Origin: an uncultured bacterium
GTDB taxonomy: Bacteria > Pseudomonadota > Gammaproteobacteria > Burkholderiales > Burkholderiaceae_D
Direction of reading: 5' to 3'
Length of the DNA stretch: 64,000 nt
Assembly (NCBI GenBank): GCA_965233055.1
Contig: CBDDRJ010000015.1
Location: 2,457-66,456 of the forward strand
In this document: positions 27,750 through 37,886 of the stretch, in pieces
Numbering within the stretch: position 1 is the first letter of the stretch
How the letters are laid out: every line of letters begins with the position of its first letter
The notes under the pieces: generated by a model
Seen by the model: only the letters and a program-made list of their open reading frames with translations
Told to the model about the DNA's origin: nothing
Databases searched by the model: none
Made by a program: the position numbers and the translations under genes

Positions 27750-27923
27750 ACCGTAACAGTGGAATGCGGAGTGAAGGATGCGCCGGCATTTGCAGGGCAA
27801 GGCGCAAAGCGCAGCGATAGTGCGTACTATCGCGAGCATTTGTAACGGTTCGCCCTTGCAAGGGCGGACTCCTCTCAGGCGACCAGCCGGCACGGCAGGC
27901 ACTCCGCATTCCACTGTTACGGT
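27750..27923. repeat. 174-bp structured element bounded by perfect 24-bp inverted repeats (MITE/REP-like or structured RNA)
   Basis: ACCGTAACAGTGGAATGCGGAGTG (27750-27773) is the exact reverse complement of 27900-27923. Internal hairpins are GCGATAGTgcgtACTATCGC and CGCCCTTgcaAGGGCG. Confidence 0.7.
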
Positions 27924-28046
27924 TCACTAGGAGCCTGCTGGCGGCGCGCGGCTGGCCGAAACAGACAAGGCCTTGTCGGTTAATGACATGGCAGCCGTGC
28001 CAGCGGCACGTCATCATGTCCTGTCAAACTTCTTCCGACAGGCACG

Positions 28047-28862
28047 ATGGATATTAGCTACTCGACCATGCGGGTCAACGGCATCGACCTGCACGTCGCC
28101 ATGGCCGGCAGCGGCACCGACGTCCTGCTGCTGCACGGTTTTCCCGATACCCACCTGGTGTGGCGCGAACAGATTCCCGCCCTGGTCGCGGCCGGCCACC
28201 GCGTGATCGCGCCCGACCTGCGCGGCTGCGGCCAAAGCAGCATGCCGCCGCGGGTGCGCGACTATCGGCTCGACTTGCTGGTCGACGACATCGTCGGCCT
28301 GCTCGATGCGCTCGGCATCGCCAAGGTCAGGCTGGTGGCGCATGACTGGGGCGCGGTGATCGGCTGGCAGCTGGCACTGCGCCATCCTGGCCGCATCGAG
28401 CGCTACTGCGCCCTGTCGGTCGGCCACCCCAGCTGCTATGCGCGCGGCGGCCTGCTGCAAAAGCTCAAGGCCTACTATATCGCCCTGTTCCAGTTGCCGC
28501 TGCTGCCGGAACTGATCCTCAGGTTCGGCAACTGGCGCGGCCTGTATTGCCTGACCCGCTGCCGCCACGAGCTGGCGACCTGGCGCCAGTCGCTGTCCCC
28601 GCCGGGGCGTCTGCGGGCCGGCATCAACTACTACCGCGCCAACCTTGGCCTGGTGTGGCCGCACGACTGGGGCGACGTGCTGGTGCCGGTGCTGGGCATC
28701 TACAGCACCGGCGATATCGCCCTGGTCGAGCGCCAGATGGTTGCGTCCGGACTGCGCTGCAAGGCCGGCTGGCGCTATGTGCGCTTCGAACGGGCCGGCC
28801 ATTGGATGCAATCGGAAATCCCCGACCGCCTCAATCCGGTCCTGCTCTCCTTCCTGAAATAA
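28047..28862 (+). CDS. Alpha/beta hydrolase, epoxide-hydrolase-like (paralog A)
   Basis: It has LLLHGFPDTHLVWREQIPALVAAGHRVIAPDLRGCGQS and the nucleophile elbow VAHDWGAVIG. The C-terminal GHWMQSE carries the catalytic His. Confidence 0.8.
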   Translation: MDISYSTMRVNGIDLHVAMAGSGTDVLLLHGFPDTHLVWREQIPALVAAGHRVIAPDLRGCGQSSMPPRVRDYRLDLLVDDIVGLLDALGIAKVRLVAHDWGAVIGWQLALRHPGRIERYCALSVGHPSCYARGGLLQKLKAYYIALFQLPLLPELILRFGNWRGLYCLTRCRHELATWRQSLSPPGRLRAGINYYRANLGLVWPHDWGDVLVPVLGIYSTGDIALVERQMVASGLRCKAGWRYVRFERAGHWMQSEIPDRLNPVLLSFLK

Positions 28863-28884
28863 ACCCGCCTACTGAAAGGCCACT

Positions 28885-29550
28885 GTGACATCATCGCGCT
28901 TCCTGCCCCTGCTCGGGGCCAGCTTCATCACCATCTTCGCTGCATTCTGCCTGTGGCAAAGCCCTGGCATCATCGCAGGCAAACTCAGTGGCGCCGAAAT
29001 CGACCATCACCTCAAACTTGCCGACGCCCAGCTGCACATGCCGGAGAAGGCAGAAGTGCTCAAGCGCGTGCGGCGTTGGGCCGAAGCTGACGACGGCCAG
29101 CCCTTCTATATGCTCAACCTGATGCGCCATCACCGCACGCTGCGCCAGTTCCCGGGCAGCCTGCCGTTTGACGGCAGCCCGGTCGATGCCAATAACTACT
29201 ATGAGAACAAGACCTTGCCGATGTTGGTGACCAACGGTGGCAGCCTGCCGTTCGGCAGCGCTACCCATGGCCAGGCCCTGATCCCGGTCGGCGCCGACCG
29301 CGATCAGGACGATTGGACGCGCGCACTGGTGGTGCGCTATACCAGCCGGCGCGCCTTCCTCGCCTTGCTGAGCGACCCGGCCTATGCCAAGGTCGCCCCT
29401 TACAAGATGATGGCGCTCGATGTGTTGCTGGTGCCCACCAGCGGCGACATCGTACTGCCCGACCCGCGCGTCATGCTTGGCGCAATCCTGCTATGCCTGT
29501 TCCTGCTGGCCGGCTGGCTGCGTTCTGCTCAAAAGGAGAAAAAACAATGA
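28885..29550 (+). CDS. Membrane-anchored protein with a DUF1330-like core (paralog A)
   Basis: The protein is 221 aa with N- and C-terminal TM helices. The core QPFYMLNLMRHH...RALVVRYTSRRAFLALLSDPAYAKVAPYK resembles the DUF1330 dimeric alpha/beta-barrel pattern. This is an inference. Confidence 0.55.
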   Translation: MTSSRFLPLLGASFITIFAAFCLWQSPGIIAGKLSGAEIDHHLKLADAQLHMPEKAEVLKRVRRWAEADDGQPFYMLNLMRHHRTLRQFPGSLPFDGSPVDANNYYENKTLPMLVTNGGSLPFGSATHGQALIPVGADRDQDDWTRALVVRYTSRRAFLALLSDPAYAKVAPYKMMALDVLLVPTSGDIVLPDPRVMLGAILLCLFLLAGWLRSAQKEKKQ

Positions 29551-30701
29551 AAGCTGTCGTCTGCCAAGACACAACACTAACGCTGCGCGAGCTGCAGGAA
29601 CCAAGGCCCGCACAGGGCCAGGCCTTGCTCAAGGTGCTGCGCTGCGGAATCTGCGGCTCGGACCTGCATGTGCGCCACCATTGCGACCACATGGGGCAGT
29701 TGATGACGCGCAGCGGCTATCCGTCCTTCCCCAAAGCCGACCAGCCGCTGGTGTTCGGCCATGAATTCTGCGGCGAGATTATCGACTATGGCCCGGGCAC
29801 AGCGGGCCCGATACGGCCCGGCACCCGCGTGTGCGCGATGCCGGTGATCCGCAAGGGAAGCGATATCGATATGGTCGGCTTGTCGGTGCGCGCCCCTGGT
29901 GCCTATGCCGAACGGGTGGTGGTCGAAACGTCGATGATGGTTCCGGTACCAAATGGCCTGTCAAGCGATATGGCGGCCCTGACCGAGCCGATGGCGGTGG
30001 CGCTGCATGCGGTCAACCGCGGCCAGGTGCGCAAGAGCGACGTCGCCGTCGTGGTCGGCTGCGGCCCGGTCGGCCTGGCGGTGATCTGCATGCTCAAGGC
30101 GCGCGGCGTCGCGACCGTCATTGCCAGCGATTTTTCGGCCGGCCGGCGTGCACTGGCGCTCCAGTGCGGCGCCGACAGCGTGGTCGACCCTGCCGTCGAA
30201 TCGCCGTATGCCGGTTGGCGCGAGCTCGGCTTCCTGGGCGGCCTCGATAGCTTGCTCGAGCTGGCCGTCGGCACCCGCGAAAAACTGGGCAAGCTGCCTG
30301 TGCCCTGGTGGCATAGCTGGCGCCTGGCCGAAGGGCTCGGCCTCAAGCCCAAGCATCCGGTCGTGTTTGAATGCGTCGGCGTGCCTGGCGTGCTGCAGTC
30401 CATCATTGACGGCGCGCCCTTGTTCTCGCGCGTGGTGGTGGTGGGTGTCTGCATGCAGATGGACCAGATCGAACCGGCCATGGCCATCAATAAGGAGCTC
30501 GACCTGCGCTTCTCGATGGGCTATTCGCCGCTGGAGTACCGCGACGCGCTGCACCTGATCGCCGACGGCAAAGTCGCCTGCTCCCCGATGATCACCGGCG
30601 TGGTTGGCCTGGACGGCGTGGCGCAGGCGTTTGACGACCTGCGCGATCCGGAACGGCACGCCAAGATCCTGATCGATCCGGCTCGTCGCCCCGCCTCCTA
30701 A
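29547..30701 (+). CDS. Zinc-dependent alcohol dehydrogenase (MDR family)
   Basis: The ATG at 29547 forms an ATGA overlap with the upstream stop. It has [19 protein letters not shown] and the NAD fold [11 protein letters not shown]. Confidence 0.85.
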   Translation: MKAVVCQDTTLTLRELQEPRPAQGQALLKVLRCGICGSDLHVRHHCDHMGQLMTRSGYPSFPKADQPLVFGHEFCGEIIDYGPGTAGPIRPGTRVCAMPVIRKGSDIDMVGLSVRAPGAYAERVVVETSMMVPVPNGLSSDMAALTEPMAVALHAVNRGQVRKSDVAVVVGCGPVGLAVICMLKARGVATVIASDFSAGRRALALQCGADSVVDPAVESPYAGWRELGFLGGLDSLLELAVGTREKLGKLPVPWWHSWRLAEGLGLKPKHPVVFECVGVPGVLQSIIDGAPLFSRVVVVGVCMQMDQIEPAMAINKELDLRFSMGYSPLEYRDALHLIADGKVACSPMITGVVGLDGVAQAFDDLRDPERHAKILIDPARRPAS

Positions 30702-32305
30702 CGCAAGGCCACGGCACGGCTGCCATGTTCCGCCAGTTTGAAGACCTTGACGACCTGGGCCAGGCTGTCCGCTTGTTGCTGCATCGACGCGGCCGCTGCT
30801 GCGGCCTGTTCGACCAGCGCCGCATTCTGCTGGGTCACCCCATCCATCTCGATGATCGCGGTATTGATCTGTTCGATGCCGGCCGTCTGTTCGCGGCTGG
30901 CTGACTGGATCTCGCCCATGATGGCCGTCACCCGCGAGATGCTGTCGACGATCGCTTCCATCGTCACGCCCGCTTCGCCGACCAGGGCATTGCCCTGGCT
31001 GACCTGGGCCACCGACTCGCTGATCAAGTCCTTGATCTCATGGGCCGCGCTGGCGCTGCGCTGGGCCAGGTTGCGCACTTCGCTGGCGACGACGGCAAAG
31101 CCGCGTCCCTGTTCGCCGGCCCGCGCCGCCTCGACCGCCGCATTGAGCGCCAGGATATTGGTCTGGAAGGCGATGCTGTCGATGACGCCGATGATGTCTT
31201 CGATCTTCTTCGATGAGCGCGAGATCGCTTCCATCGTCAGCACGACCTTGCCGACCACGGCGCCGCCCTTGCTGGCCACGGCGGATGCGGACGCTGCCAG
31301 TTCGTTGGCGTGGCGCGCATTGTCGGCATTCTGGCCCACCGTGCTGGTGAGCTGTTCCATCGACGAGGCCGTCTCTTCGAGCGCACTGGCCTGCTGCTCG
31401 GTGCGGTCCGACAGGTCCTGGTTACCGGCCGCGATATCGGCCGACAGGGTCGCCATCTCGTCGGTGCCGCCGCGCACGTCGGCCACCAGCACCGCCAGCT
31501 TGTCGCGCATCGCGCGCAAGGCTTGCAGCAGGCTGTCGTCGTCGCCATAGGTGGTATCGATCTCCACCGTCAGGTCGCCATCGGCGATGCGCCCGGCGAT
31601 GGCACTGGCATAGACCGGTTCTCCGCCCAGCTGGCGCAATAGCCCGCGCACGATAACATAGGCGATCAGCGAACCGAGCACAATGGCGGCCACGCCGAGC
31701 AGCATGATGTTCAGGCGGGCCGTCGCTGCCGACGATGACGACAGCTTCGACTCTTGCGCCATATTGGCAGACTGCGCATCGACCAGGCTTGACAGCAGCG
31801 TCACGAATTCTTTTTCCGACAGGCGAATCGTGGCATTGAGCATGCTGCGCGCCTCGGTCAGTTCGCCCTTGTTCAGGTAGACGAACAATTCCTTCTGGCT
31901 CGCCTCGTCGGTCGCGCTGGCCTTGCCGATCGCCGCCAACACCTCCCGTTCGGCTTTGGCCTCGAGCGTCTTGTCGAGTGTCGCCAGCAAGGCGGCATTG
32001 CGCTGGCGCAGCGGCTTGATCTGGTTCGCCACCGCGTTCTCGCCCTGGTATTCGGCGGCGATGATGGCGCTGCGCAGCAACTGGTGGATCAGCGCCACGT
32101 TGTATTTCACTTCAGTGGCCAGCGTCACCTTCCTGTACTGGTCCTGCAAGATGGTATCGACCCGCTGCTGCATGCTGGCCATGGCGGCCACCGACACCGC
32201 CATCATCGTCACCAGCAGCACCATCACGAATCCAAAGCCCAGTCCGAGCCGCTTGCCGATCGCCAGCTGCGCCAGCCGCGCACCGATTGCCTTCCATGCC
32301 TTCAT
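30698..32305 (-). CDS. Methyl-accepting chemotaxis protein
   Basis: The ATG at 32305 gives [11 protein letters not shown] and a TM. HAMP is present ([10 protein letters not shown]). The tip is [36 protein letters not shown]. Confidence 0.85.
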   Translation of the reverse strand: MKAWKAIGARLAQLAIGKRLGLGFGFVMVLLVTMMAVSVAAMASMQQRVDTILQDQYRKVTLATEVKYNVALIHQLLRSAIIAAEYQGENAVANQIKPLRQRNAALLATLDKTLEAKAEREVLAAIGKASATDEASQKELFVYLNKGELTEARSMLNATIRLSEKEFVTLLSSLVDAQSANMAQESKLSSSSAATARLNIMLLGVAAIVLGSLIAYVIVRGLLRQLGGEPVYASAIAGRIADGDLTVEIDTTYGDDDSLLQALRAMRDKLAVLVADVRGGTDEMATLSADIAAGNQDLSDRTEQQASALEETASSMEQLTSTVGQNADNARHANELAASASAVASKGGAVVGKVVLTMEAISRSSKKIEDIIGVIDSIAFQTNILALNAAVEAARAGEQGRGFAVVASEVRNLAQRSASAAHEIKDLISESVAQVSQGNALVGEAGVTMEAIVDSISRVTAIMGEIQSASREQTAGIEQINTAIIEMDGVTQQNAALVEQAAAAAASMQQQADSLAQVVKVFKLAEHGSRAVALR

Positions 32306-32316
32306 CGCGATCTCCC

Positions 32317-32421
32317 TCACGGCAAGGCCAGCAGGCCGTCTGCGATCAGCCAGGCGTAGCCGCTGGCAATCACCAGTGCGGCCACCAGGCACACGGCGCG
32401 TCCCTGCAAGGCGCCTATCAT
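32317..32421 (-). CDS. 34-aa hydrophobic micro-protein (below the ORF-track cutoff)
   Basis: Its ATG (32421-32419) overlaps the TGA (32420-32418) of the acyl-CoA ligase gene. GGGAGGG lies upstream. The translation is [34 protein letters not shown]. Confidence 0.35.
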   Translation of the reverse strand: MIGALQGRAVCLVAALVIASGYAWLIADGLLALP

Positions 32422-34070
32422 GGCTGCCCTCCCTGGCCGGTCGGCAGCCGGTATTCCTTGAACAGCTCGCGCAGCTTCATTTTCTGCAGCTTGCCGGTCG
32501 CCGTATGCGGCAGTTCGTCGACGAAGGCGACATCGTCCGGCAGCCACCATTTGGCTACGCGCACATCGAGGAAGGCCAGCATCTCCTCGCGACTCACTGC
32601 TTGGCCCGCCTTCTTCACCACCACCAGCAATGGCCGCTCCTGCCATTTCGGGTGATGGACACCGATCACTGCGGCCTCCGCCACTGCAGGATGGCCCATC
32701 GCCGCATTCTCCAGGTCGATCGACGAGATCCATTCGCCGCCCGACTTGATGACATCCTTGGCACGGTCGGTGATGTGCATATAGCCGTCCGGGTCGATGG
32801 TGGCGACGTCGCCGGTATCGAAGTAGCCCTGCGCATCGAGCACCTGACCGCCCTCGCCGAGGTAGTAGCCGGACGTGATCCAGGGGCCGCGCACCACCAG
32901 ATGGCCGAAGGCGCGGCCATCGCGCGGCAGCTCGTTGCCGTCGTCGTCGACGATCTTCATCGACACGCCGAACACGGCGCGGCCCTGGTTGGCCTGCACC
33001 TGGTAGCGCTGCGCATCGTCCAGCATGGCGTGCTTGGGCTGCAGGTGGCACACCGTCCCCAGCGGCGACATCTCGGTCATGCCCCAGGCATGGATCACGG
33101 TCGCGCCGAACACCTTGTCGAAAGTCTCGATCATCGACAGGCCGGCGGCCGAGCCGCCGATCACGCAGCGGCGCAGCGACAGGTCGCGCTTCGGATCGAG
33201 CCGTTCGGCCTCGACGTGGCGGAACATCATCAGCCACACGGTCGGTACGCCCAGGGCCAGCGTCACGTTTTCGTCGCGCATCAACTCATAGACGCTCTTG
33301 CCATCCATCGCCGGACCCGGCATCACCAGCTTGGCCCCGCACATCGCGCCCGAATACGGCATGCCCCAGGCATTGACGTGGAACATCGGCACCACCAGCA
33401 GGGCCGAATCGTTGCTCGACAAGCCCAGCGCATCGGGCGTGCAGGCAGCCATCGAGTGCAGCACGGTCGAGCGGTGCGAATACAGCACCCCTTTCGGATT
33501 GCCGGTGGTGCCCGAGGTGTAGCACAGCGAGGCGGCGCTGTTCTCGTCCATGGCCGGCCAGTCGAACTGTTCGCTGGCATCGGCCAGCAGCTCCTCGTAG
33601 CACATCAGATTGTCGACTTTGATGGCCGGCATGTGTGCGTGGGCTGTCATCGCGACAAAGCCTTTGACGCTCTTCATCAGTGGCGCCAGCCTTTCGATCA
33701 GGGGCGCGAAGCCGATGTCGAAAAACAGATACTGGTCGTCGGCGTGATTGACGATGTACTCGATCTGCTCCTGGAACAGGCGCGGATTGATCGTATGCAG
33801 CACCGCGCCCATGCCCGACACGGCATAGTACAACTCCATATGGCGATAGCCATTCCATGCCAGGGTGGCCACGCGCTGGCCAGGTTCTACGCCGAGGCGG
33901 GCCAGCACATTGGCCATGCGCTTGGCGCGCAGCGCGATTTCGCCGTAATTGGTGCGGTGGATCGGCCCTTCCGAGGTGCGCGAAACGATCTCCTTGTGCG
34001 GATGGTTGCTGCGCGCGTGTTCGATCAGCGATGAAATCAGCAATGGCTGGTGTTGCATGAGTCCTAGCAT
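32418..34070 (-). CDS. AMP-forming fatty-acyl-CoA ligase (medium/long-chain type)
   Basis: It has the AMP-binding motif [14 protein letters not shown], plus GYFDTGD and the C-terminal [11 protein letters not shown]. Confidence 0.85.
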   Translation of the reverse strand: MLGLMQHQPLLISSLIEHARSNHPHKEIVSRTSEGPIHRTNYGEIALRAKRMANVLARLGVEPGQRVATLAWNGYRHMELYYAVSGMGAVLHTINPRLFQEQIEYIVNHADDQYLFFDIGFAPLIERLAPLMKSVKGFVAMTAHAHMPAIKVDNLMCYEELLADASEQFDWPAMDENSAASLCYTSGTTGNPKGVLYSHRSTVLHSMAACTPDALGLSSNDSALLVVPMFHVNAWGMPYSGAMCGAKLVMPGPAMDGKSVYELMRDENVTLALGVPTVWLMMFRHVEAERLDPKRDLSLRRCVIGGSAAGLSMIETFDKVFGATVIHAWGMTEMSPLGTVCHLQPKHAMLDDAQRYQVQANQGRAVFGVSMKIVDDDGNELPRDGRAFGHLVVRGPWITSGYYLGEGGQVLDAQGYFDTGDVATIDPDGYMHITDRAKDVIKSGGEWISSIDLENAAMGHPAVAEAAVIGVHHPKWQERPLLVVVKKAGQAVSREEMLAFLDVRVAKWWLPDDVAFVDELPHTATGKLQKMKLRELFKEYRLPTGQGGQP

Positions 34071-34097
34071 GGTTATCTCCTGGGGATGGCTTGCTTG

Positions 34098-34355
34098 TTA
34101 TATGAAATTGGCGTTCCACGCGTCGAATAGCGCCTGGTCGGGCGATGCGGCATGCTTGCGTGGCTCCTCGCGGGGCCGGGTTTGCGGGGCGAGGTTGATC
34201 AAGGCCTGGCGCACGCTATTACCATACCAGCGCCCGCCGCGCGGCGCGGCCAGGCCGCGCGTATTCAATTCTGCGGCGATCACGTGGTAGGAAGCGCCGC
34301 TGGCCCGCCGCGACTTCATCAGCGCCAATGCGCGCTTGCACACGACCGCCTCCAT
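34098..34355 (-). CDS. 85-aa ORF resembling the 'recombinase' domain of serine recombinases (stand-alone fragment)
   Basis: Its ATG (34355) overlaps the TAA of the RND gene by 1 nt. The segment SYHVIAAELNTRGLAAPRGGRWYGNSVRQALIN matches the conserved I-A-x-x-L-N-x-x-G-x-x-x-x-R-G-G-x-W pattern of that domain. Confidence 0.4.
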   Translation of the reverse strand: MEAVVCKRALALMKSRRASGASYHVIAAELNTRGLAAPRGGRWYGNSVRQALINLAPQTRPREEPRKHAASPDQALFDAWNANFI

Positions 34356-36754
34356 TACACCTTCCTGAGCATGAAGTGGGACAGGGCCGGGATCAGCACC
34401 AGCGCACCCACCATATTCAGGCTGAACATGAAGGTCAGCAGGATGCCCATATCGGCCTGGAACTTGATCGGCGACCAGGCCCAGCACACGACACCGGCGG
34501 CCAGCGTCACGCCAACCAGCGCCACCACCCGCCCGGTAAATTGCAGGGCGTGGCGGTAGGCGTCGCCCAGGCTGGCGCCGGCGCGCTGTCGCGCCAGTTG
34601 CACCGACAGCAGGTAGAGCGCATAGTCGACACCGATGCCGACGCCGAGCGCGATCACCGGCAGCGTCGCCACCTTGACGCCCATGCCCAGCATGACCATC
34701 AGCGCCTCGCACAGGATCGAAGTCAGCGCCAGTGGCAGCACCGCCACCAGCACCGCGCGCCAGCTGCGGAAGGTCACCCAGCACAGCGCGATGACCGCGA
34801 TATACACCAGCAGCAGCATGCGGTGGTTGGCCTCGCGCACCACGATATTGGTGGCAGCTTCGATGCCGGCGCTGCCGGCCGCCAGCAGGAACTGGCGCTC
34901 CGGCGTGCTGTGCTCCCTGGCGAAGGCATCGGCCGCCTGCACCACCCGCTCCAGTGTTTCGGCCTTGTGGTCTGCCAGGTAAGCGATCACCGGCATCAGC
35001 GAGCATTCGATATTGAACAGATCCGGGTTATTGACCGAGGCTTGCTGTGCGCCGTAGTTGAGCACATCCTGGTTGCGCGAAATGGTCAGCCACTTCGGAC
35101 TGCCTTCCGAGGTGCCGGCCGTGATCTGGCGCACCGCGTCGGTCAGCGACACGGTGGTCTGCACGCCCGGCACCTGCTGCAAGGTCCAGGCCAGGCGGTC
35201 GGCCTCGACCAGGGTTTCATACTTCAGGCAACCTTCCTTCGGGGTCTTGACCATGATCGCGAACTGGTCGGACGAAAGCGAATAATTGGCCGTGATATAG
35301 GCGTTGTCGCGGTTGTAGCGCGATTCCTTGCGCAGCTCCGGCGCGCCGGGGTCGAGGTCGCCGATCTTCAGGTGCATCGAGATCGCCAGGCCGCCGGCGG
35401 CCAGCACAAAGGCGACCGACAGTGCTGCAATGGCCCAGCGTCGCTCGGTGAAGCGGTCGAGCATCAGCCACAGCTTGCCCAGGCCGCGCCCCCTGCCCTC
35501 GTCGGCGTCTTCGCGCAGGCAGCGGCGCGCCGCATCCTTGGATACGCCCAAATAGGACAGCAGTACCGGCAGCAGCAGCAAATTGGTGAAGATCAGTACC
35601 GCCACGCCGATACTGGCCGTCATCGCCAGGTCCTTGATGACGGGGATGTCGATCACCATCAGCACCGCAAAACCGACCGCGTCGGCCAGCAGCGCTGTCA
35701 GGCCAGCCAGGAACAGGCGGCGGAAGGTGTAGCGCGCCGCCACCAGCAAATGGGTGCCGCGGCCGACGTCCTGCATGATGCCATTCATCTTCTGCGCGCC
35801 GTGCGAGACCCCGATGGCGAACACCAGGAAAGGCACCAGGATGGAAAACGGATCAAGCTCGAAGCCAAACGCCGCCACCAGGCCAAGTTGCCACACCACC
35901 GCCACGATCGAGCAGGCCAGCACCAGTGCGGTCGAACGCACACAGCGCGTGTAGAAATAGATCACCACCGTCGCCACCAGCGCCGCCACACCAAAGTACA
36001 TGACAACCTCGGCCATGCCGGCCAACAGCTCGCCAATCAGCTTGGCGAAACCGACGCTGTGGATGCCGACCTTGAAGCTGCCGTTTTCATGCTTCTTGAC
36101 GGTTTGCTCGAGCGCCTGCGAGAACCTGGCGTAGTCGATCGGCTGGCCCGTCGCCGGATCCTTGTCCAGCAGCGGCACGAAGATCATGGTCGACTTGAAA
36201 TTGTTGGCGACCAGGCTGCCGACGATGCCCGAGCGGGCGATATTGATCTTGAGCTGGTCGACGCTGGCCTGGGAGCCGTCATAGGCGTCCGGCATCACCG
36301 GACCGCCCTGGAAGCCCTCTTCCGTCACTTCGTTCCAGCGCACGGTCGGAGTCCACATCGACTTCATCCACGCGCGGTCGACGCCCGGCGTCAGGAACAG
36401 TTCGTCGTTGACCTGCTTGAGCACCTCGAGGTAGCGCGGATCGAAGATATCACCCTGCGGGTTCGCCACCACCACGCGCACCGCATTGCCCAGGCCGCGC
36501 AGCGCGGCCTTGTTGTCGAGGTAGTTCTTGATATAAGGCTGGCCCTGCGGCAGCATCTTTTCGAAGCTGGCATTGAGGGCCAGGCGCGTTGCGCCCAGGT
36601 AGCCCAGCGCCAGCGTGACCAGCGCGCAAACGACGATCATCCACAGGCGGTGGTTGAACACCAGCCGCTCGATCATATTGCCCGATGTCGTGTCAAAGTC
36701 CTTCAGGTCGCGCACGACGGGCATGTCGTCGACCTGGTTCAATCCTGCTGCCAT
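34355..36754 (-). CDS. RND-superfamily (MMPL/HpnN-like, COG1033-type) inner-membrane transporter
   Basis: The protein is 799 aa. It has two blocks of ~6 TM helices separated by two large periplasmic loops. Confidence 0.75.
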   Translation of the reverse strand: MAAGLNQVDDMPVVRDLKDFDTTSGNMIERLVFNHRLWMIVVCALVTLALGYLGATRLALNASFEKMLPQGQPYIKNYLDNKAALRGLGNAVRVVVANPQGDIFDPRYLEVLKQVNDELFLTPGVDRAWMKSMWTPTVRWNEVTEEGFQGGPVMPDAYDGSQASVDQLKINIARSGIVGSLVANNFKSTMIFVPLLDKDPATGQPIDYARFSQALEQTVKKHENGSFKVGIHSVGFAKLIGELLAGMAEVVMYFGVAALVATVVIYFYTRCVRSTALVLACSIVAVVWQLGLVAAFGFELDPFSILVPFLVFAIGVSHGAQKMNGIMQDVGRGTHLLVAARYTFRRLFLAGLTALLADAVGFAVLMVIDIPVIKDLAMTASIGVAVLIFTNLLLLPVLLSYLGVSKDAARRCLREDADEGRGRGLGKLWLMLDRFTERRWAIAALSVAFVLAAGGLAISMHLKIGDLDPGAPELRKESRYNRDNAYITANYSLSSDQFAIMVKTPKEGCLKYETLVEADRLAWTLQQVPGVQTTVSLTDAVRQITAGTSEGSPKWLTISRNQDVLNYGAQQASVNNPDLFNIECSLMPVIAYLADHKAETLERVVQAADAFAREHSTPERQFLLAAGSAGIEAATNIVVREANHRMLLLVYIAVIALCWVTFRSWRAVLVAVLPLALTSILCEALMVMLGMGVKVATLPVIALGVGIGVDYALYLLSVQLARQRAGASLGDAYRHALQFTGRVVALVGVTLAAGVVCWAWSPIKFQADMGILLTFMFSLNMVGALVLIPALSHFMLRKV

Positions 36755-37779
36755 TACATTTTCTCCTTGCGCAGGCCGCGCATGCCGGCCAACACCAAGG
36801 TGCCGCTGCCGGTCAGCAGCGCCGCGCTGGTGGCGGCCGGCTTGATGCCGGCCAGTGGTTTGAAGGTCGCGCCATGGTCGCTACTGGCCAGCACCTGGCC
36901 GCCCTGACTGACCAGCAGCAGCTTGCCGTCGGCGCCGACCGCGCCGGCCGTCAGACCCGACTGCACGCCGGTGGTGACGCGGCTCCAGCTGGCGCCCTGG
37001 TCGAGGCTGCGCATCGCATTGCCGCGCAGGCCAAACACAATCAGAGCGTCACCATCGCCGGTCAGGCCGAAGTAGCTGCCCTTGTATGGCGTGGGCAAGG
37101 CCTCGAAGCGCGACCGGTCGACGGACAGGCGCAGCACCAGGCCCTGTTCGCCGACGATATAGATGCGCCCGCCGACCTGCCTGACCGCATTGAGGTGGAA
37201 TCCTTTCGGGTTGTCGATGCGCGCGCTCCACGGCGTCCAGCTGGCGCCGCCGTCAAGGGTCGCGAAGATCTGGTTGAAGGCGCCAACCACGAAGCCCTTC
37301 TTGTCGTCTTCGAAGCAGACATCGAGCAAAGGCTTGTCCGGGCCGTGCGCCAGCACGCCACGCGCTTCTTCGACCAGCGCCTCGCTGGCGGCCTGCGCTA
37401 TCACCAGGCGCGCCGCCTTGATGCCGTCGAGCTGGCGCATCCAGCTGGCGCCGCCATCGTTCGAATGCAGCACCACGCCATCGTGGCCCACTGCCCAGCC
37501 CAGCTGCGGCGTCGGGAAATGCACGGCCACCAGGTCGGATGACACCGGCACCCGGGCTTGCTGCCAGCGGGCGCCGTCATCGTCGGAATACAGGATATGG
37601 CCGCGCTGGCCGACTGCCACCAGGCGCTTGCCTGCCGCTGCCAATCCATTGATCAGCGCGCGCTCGGCCCGCGCCGATGGTGCCGCCGGCGTATCGAGCA
37701 CGTCGACAAAACTGCCGGCCGCGTGCAGCGGCAAGGCGCAGCACAGCATCAGGGACAGCACAAGCGAAGATGGTTTCAT
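36754..37779 (-). CDS. Periplasmic BNR/Ycf48-like beta-propeller protein
   Basis: The ATG at 37779 gives signal peptide MKPSSLVLSLMLCCALPLHA. The SxDxGxxW-type repeats are SDDDGARW, SNDGGASW, TLDGGASW, SLDQGASW and SSDHGATF. Its stop overlaps the RND start (TAATG). Confidence 0.75.
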   Translation of the reverse strand: MKPSSLVLSLMLCCALPLHAAGSFVDVLDTPAAPSARAERALINGLAAAGKRLVAVGQRGHILYSDDDGARWQQARVPVSSDLVAVHFPTPQLGWAVGHDGVVLHSNDGGASWMRQLDGIKAARLVIAQAASEALVEEARGVLAHGPDKPLLDVCFEDDKKGFVVGAFNQIFATLDGGASWTPWSARIDNPKGFHLNAVRQVGGRIYIVGEQGLVLRLSVDRSRFEALPTPYKGSYFGLTGDGDALIVFGLRGNAMRSLDQGASWSRVTTGVQSGLTAGAVGADGKLLLVSQGGQVLASSDHGATFKPLAGIKPAATSAALLTGSGTLVLAGMRGLRKEKM

Positions 37780-37886
37780 AATCAATTCAATAAAAAAACT
37801 GCCGGCAGCTGGGGGTACCTGCCACCGGCAGCAAAACGAGAAACTTGCTGCGCGCCGCCGCGGGGATGGGTCGCTGCGCGCTTTAC

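Noticed and set aside
34098-35006. A 302-aa ORF overlapping the 3' part of the RND gene.
   Set aside because: The first ~217 codons are out-of-frame shadow of the RND gene. Only the last 85 codons (downstream of the RND stop) are kept as a candidate.
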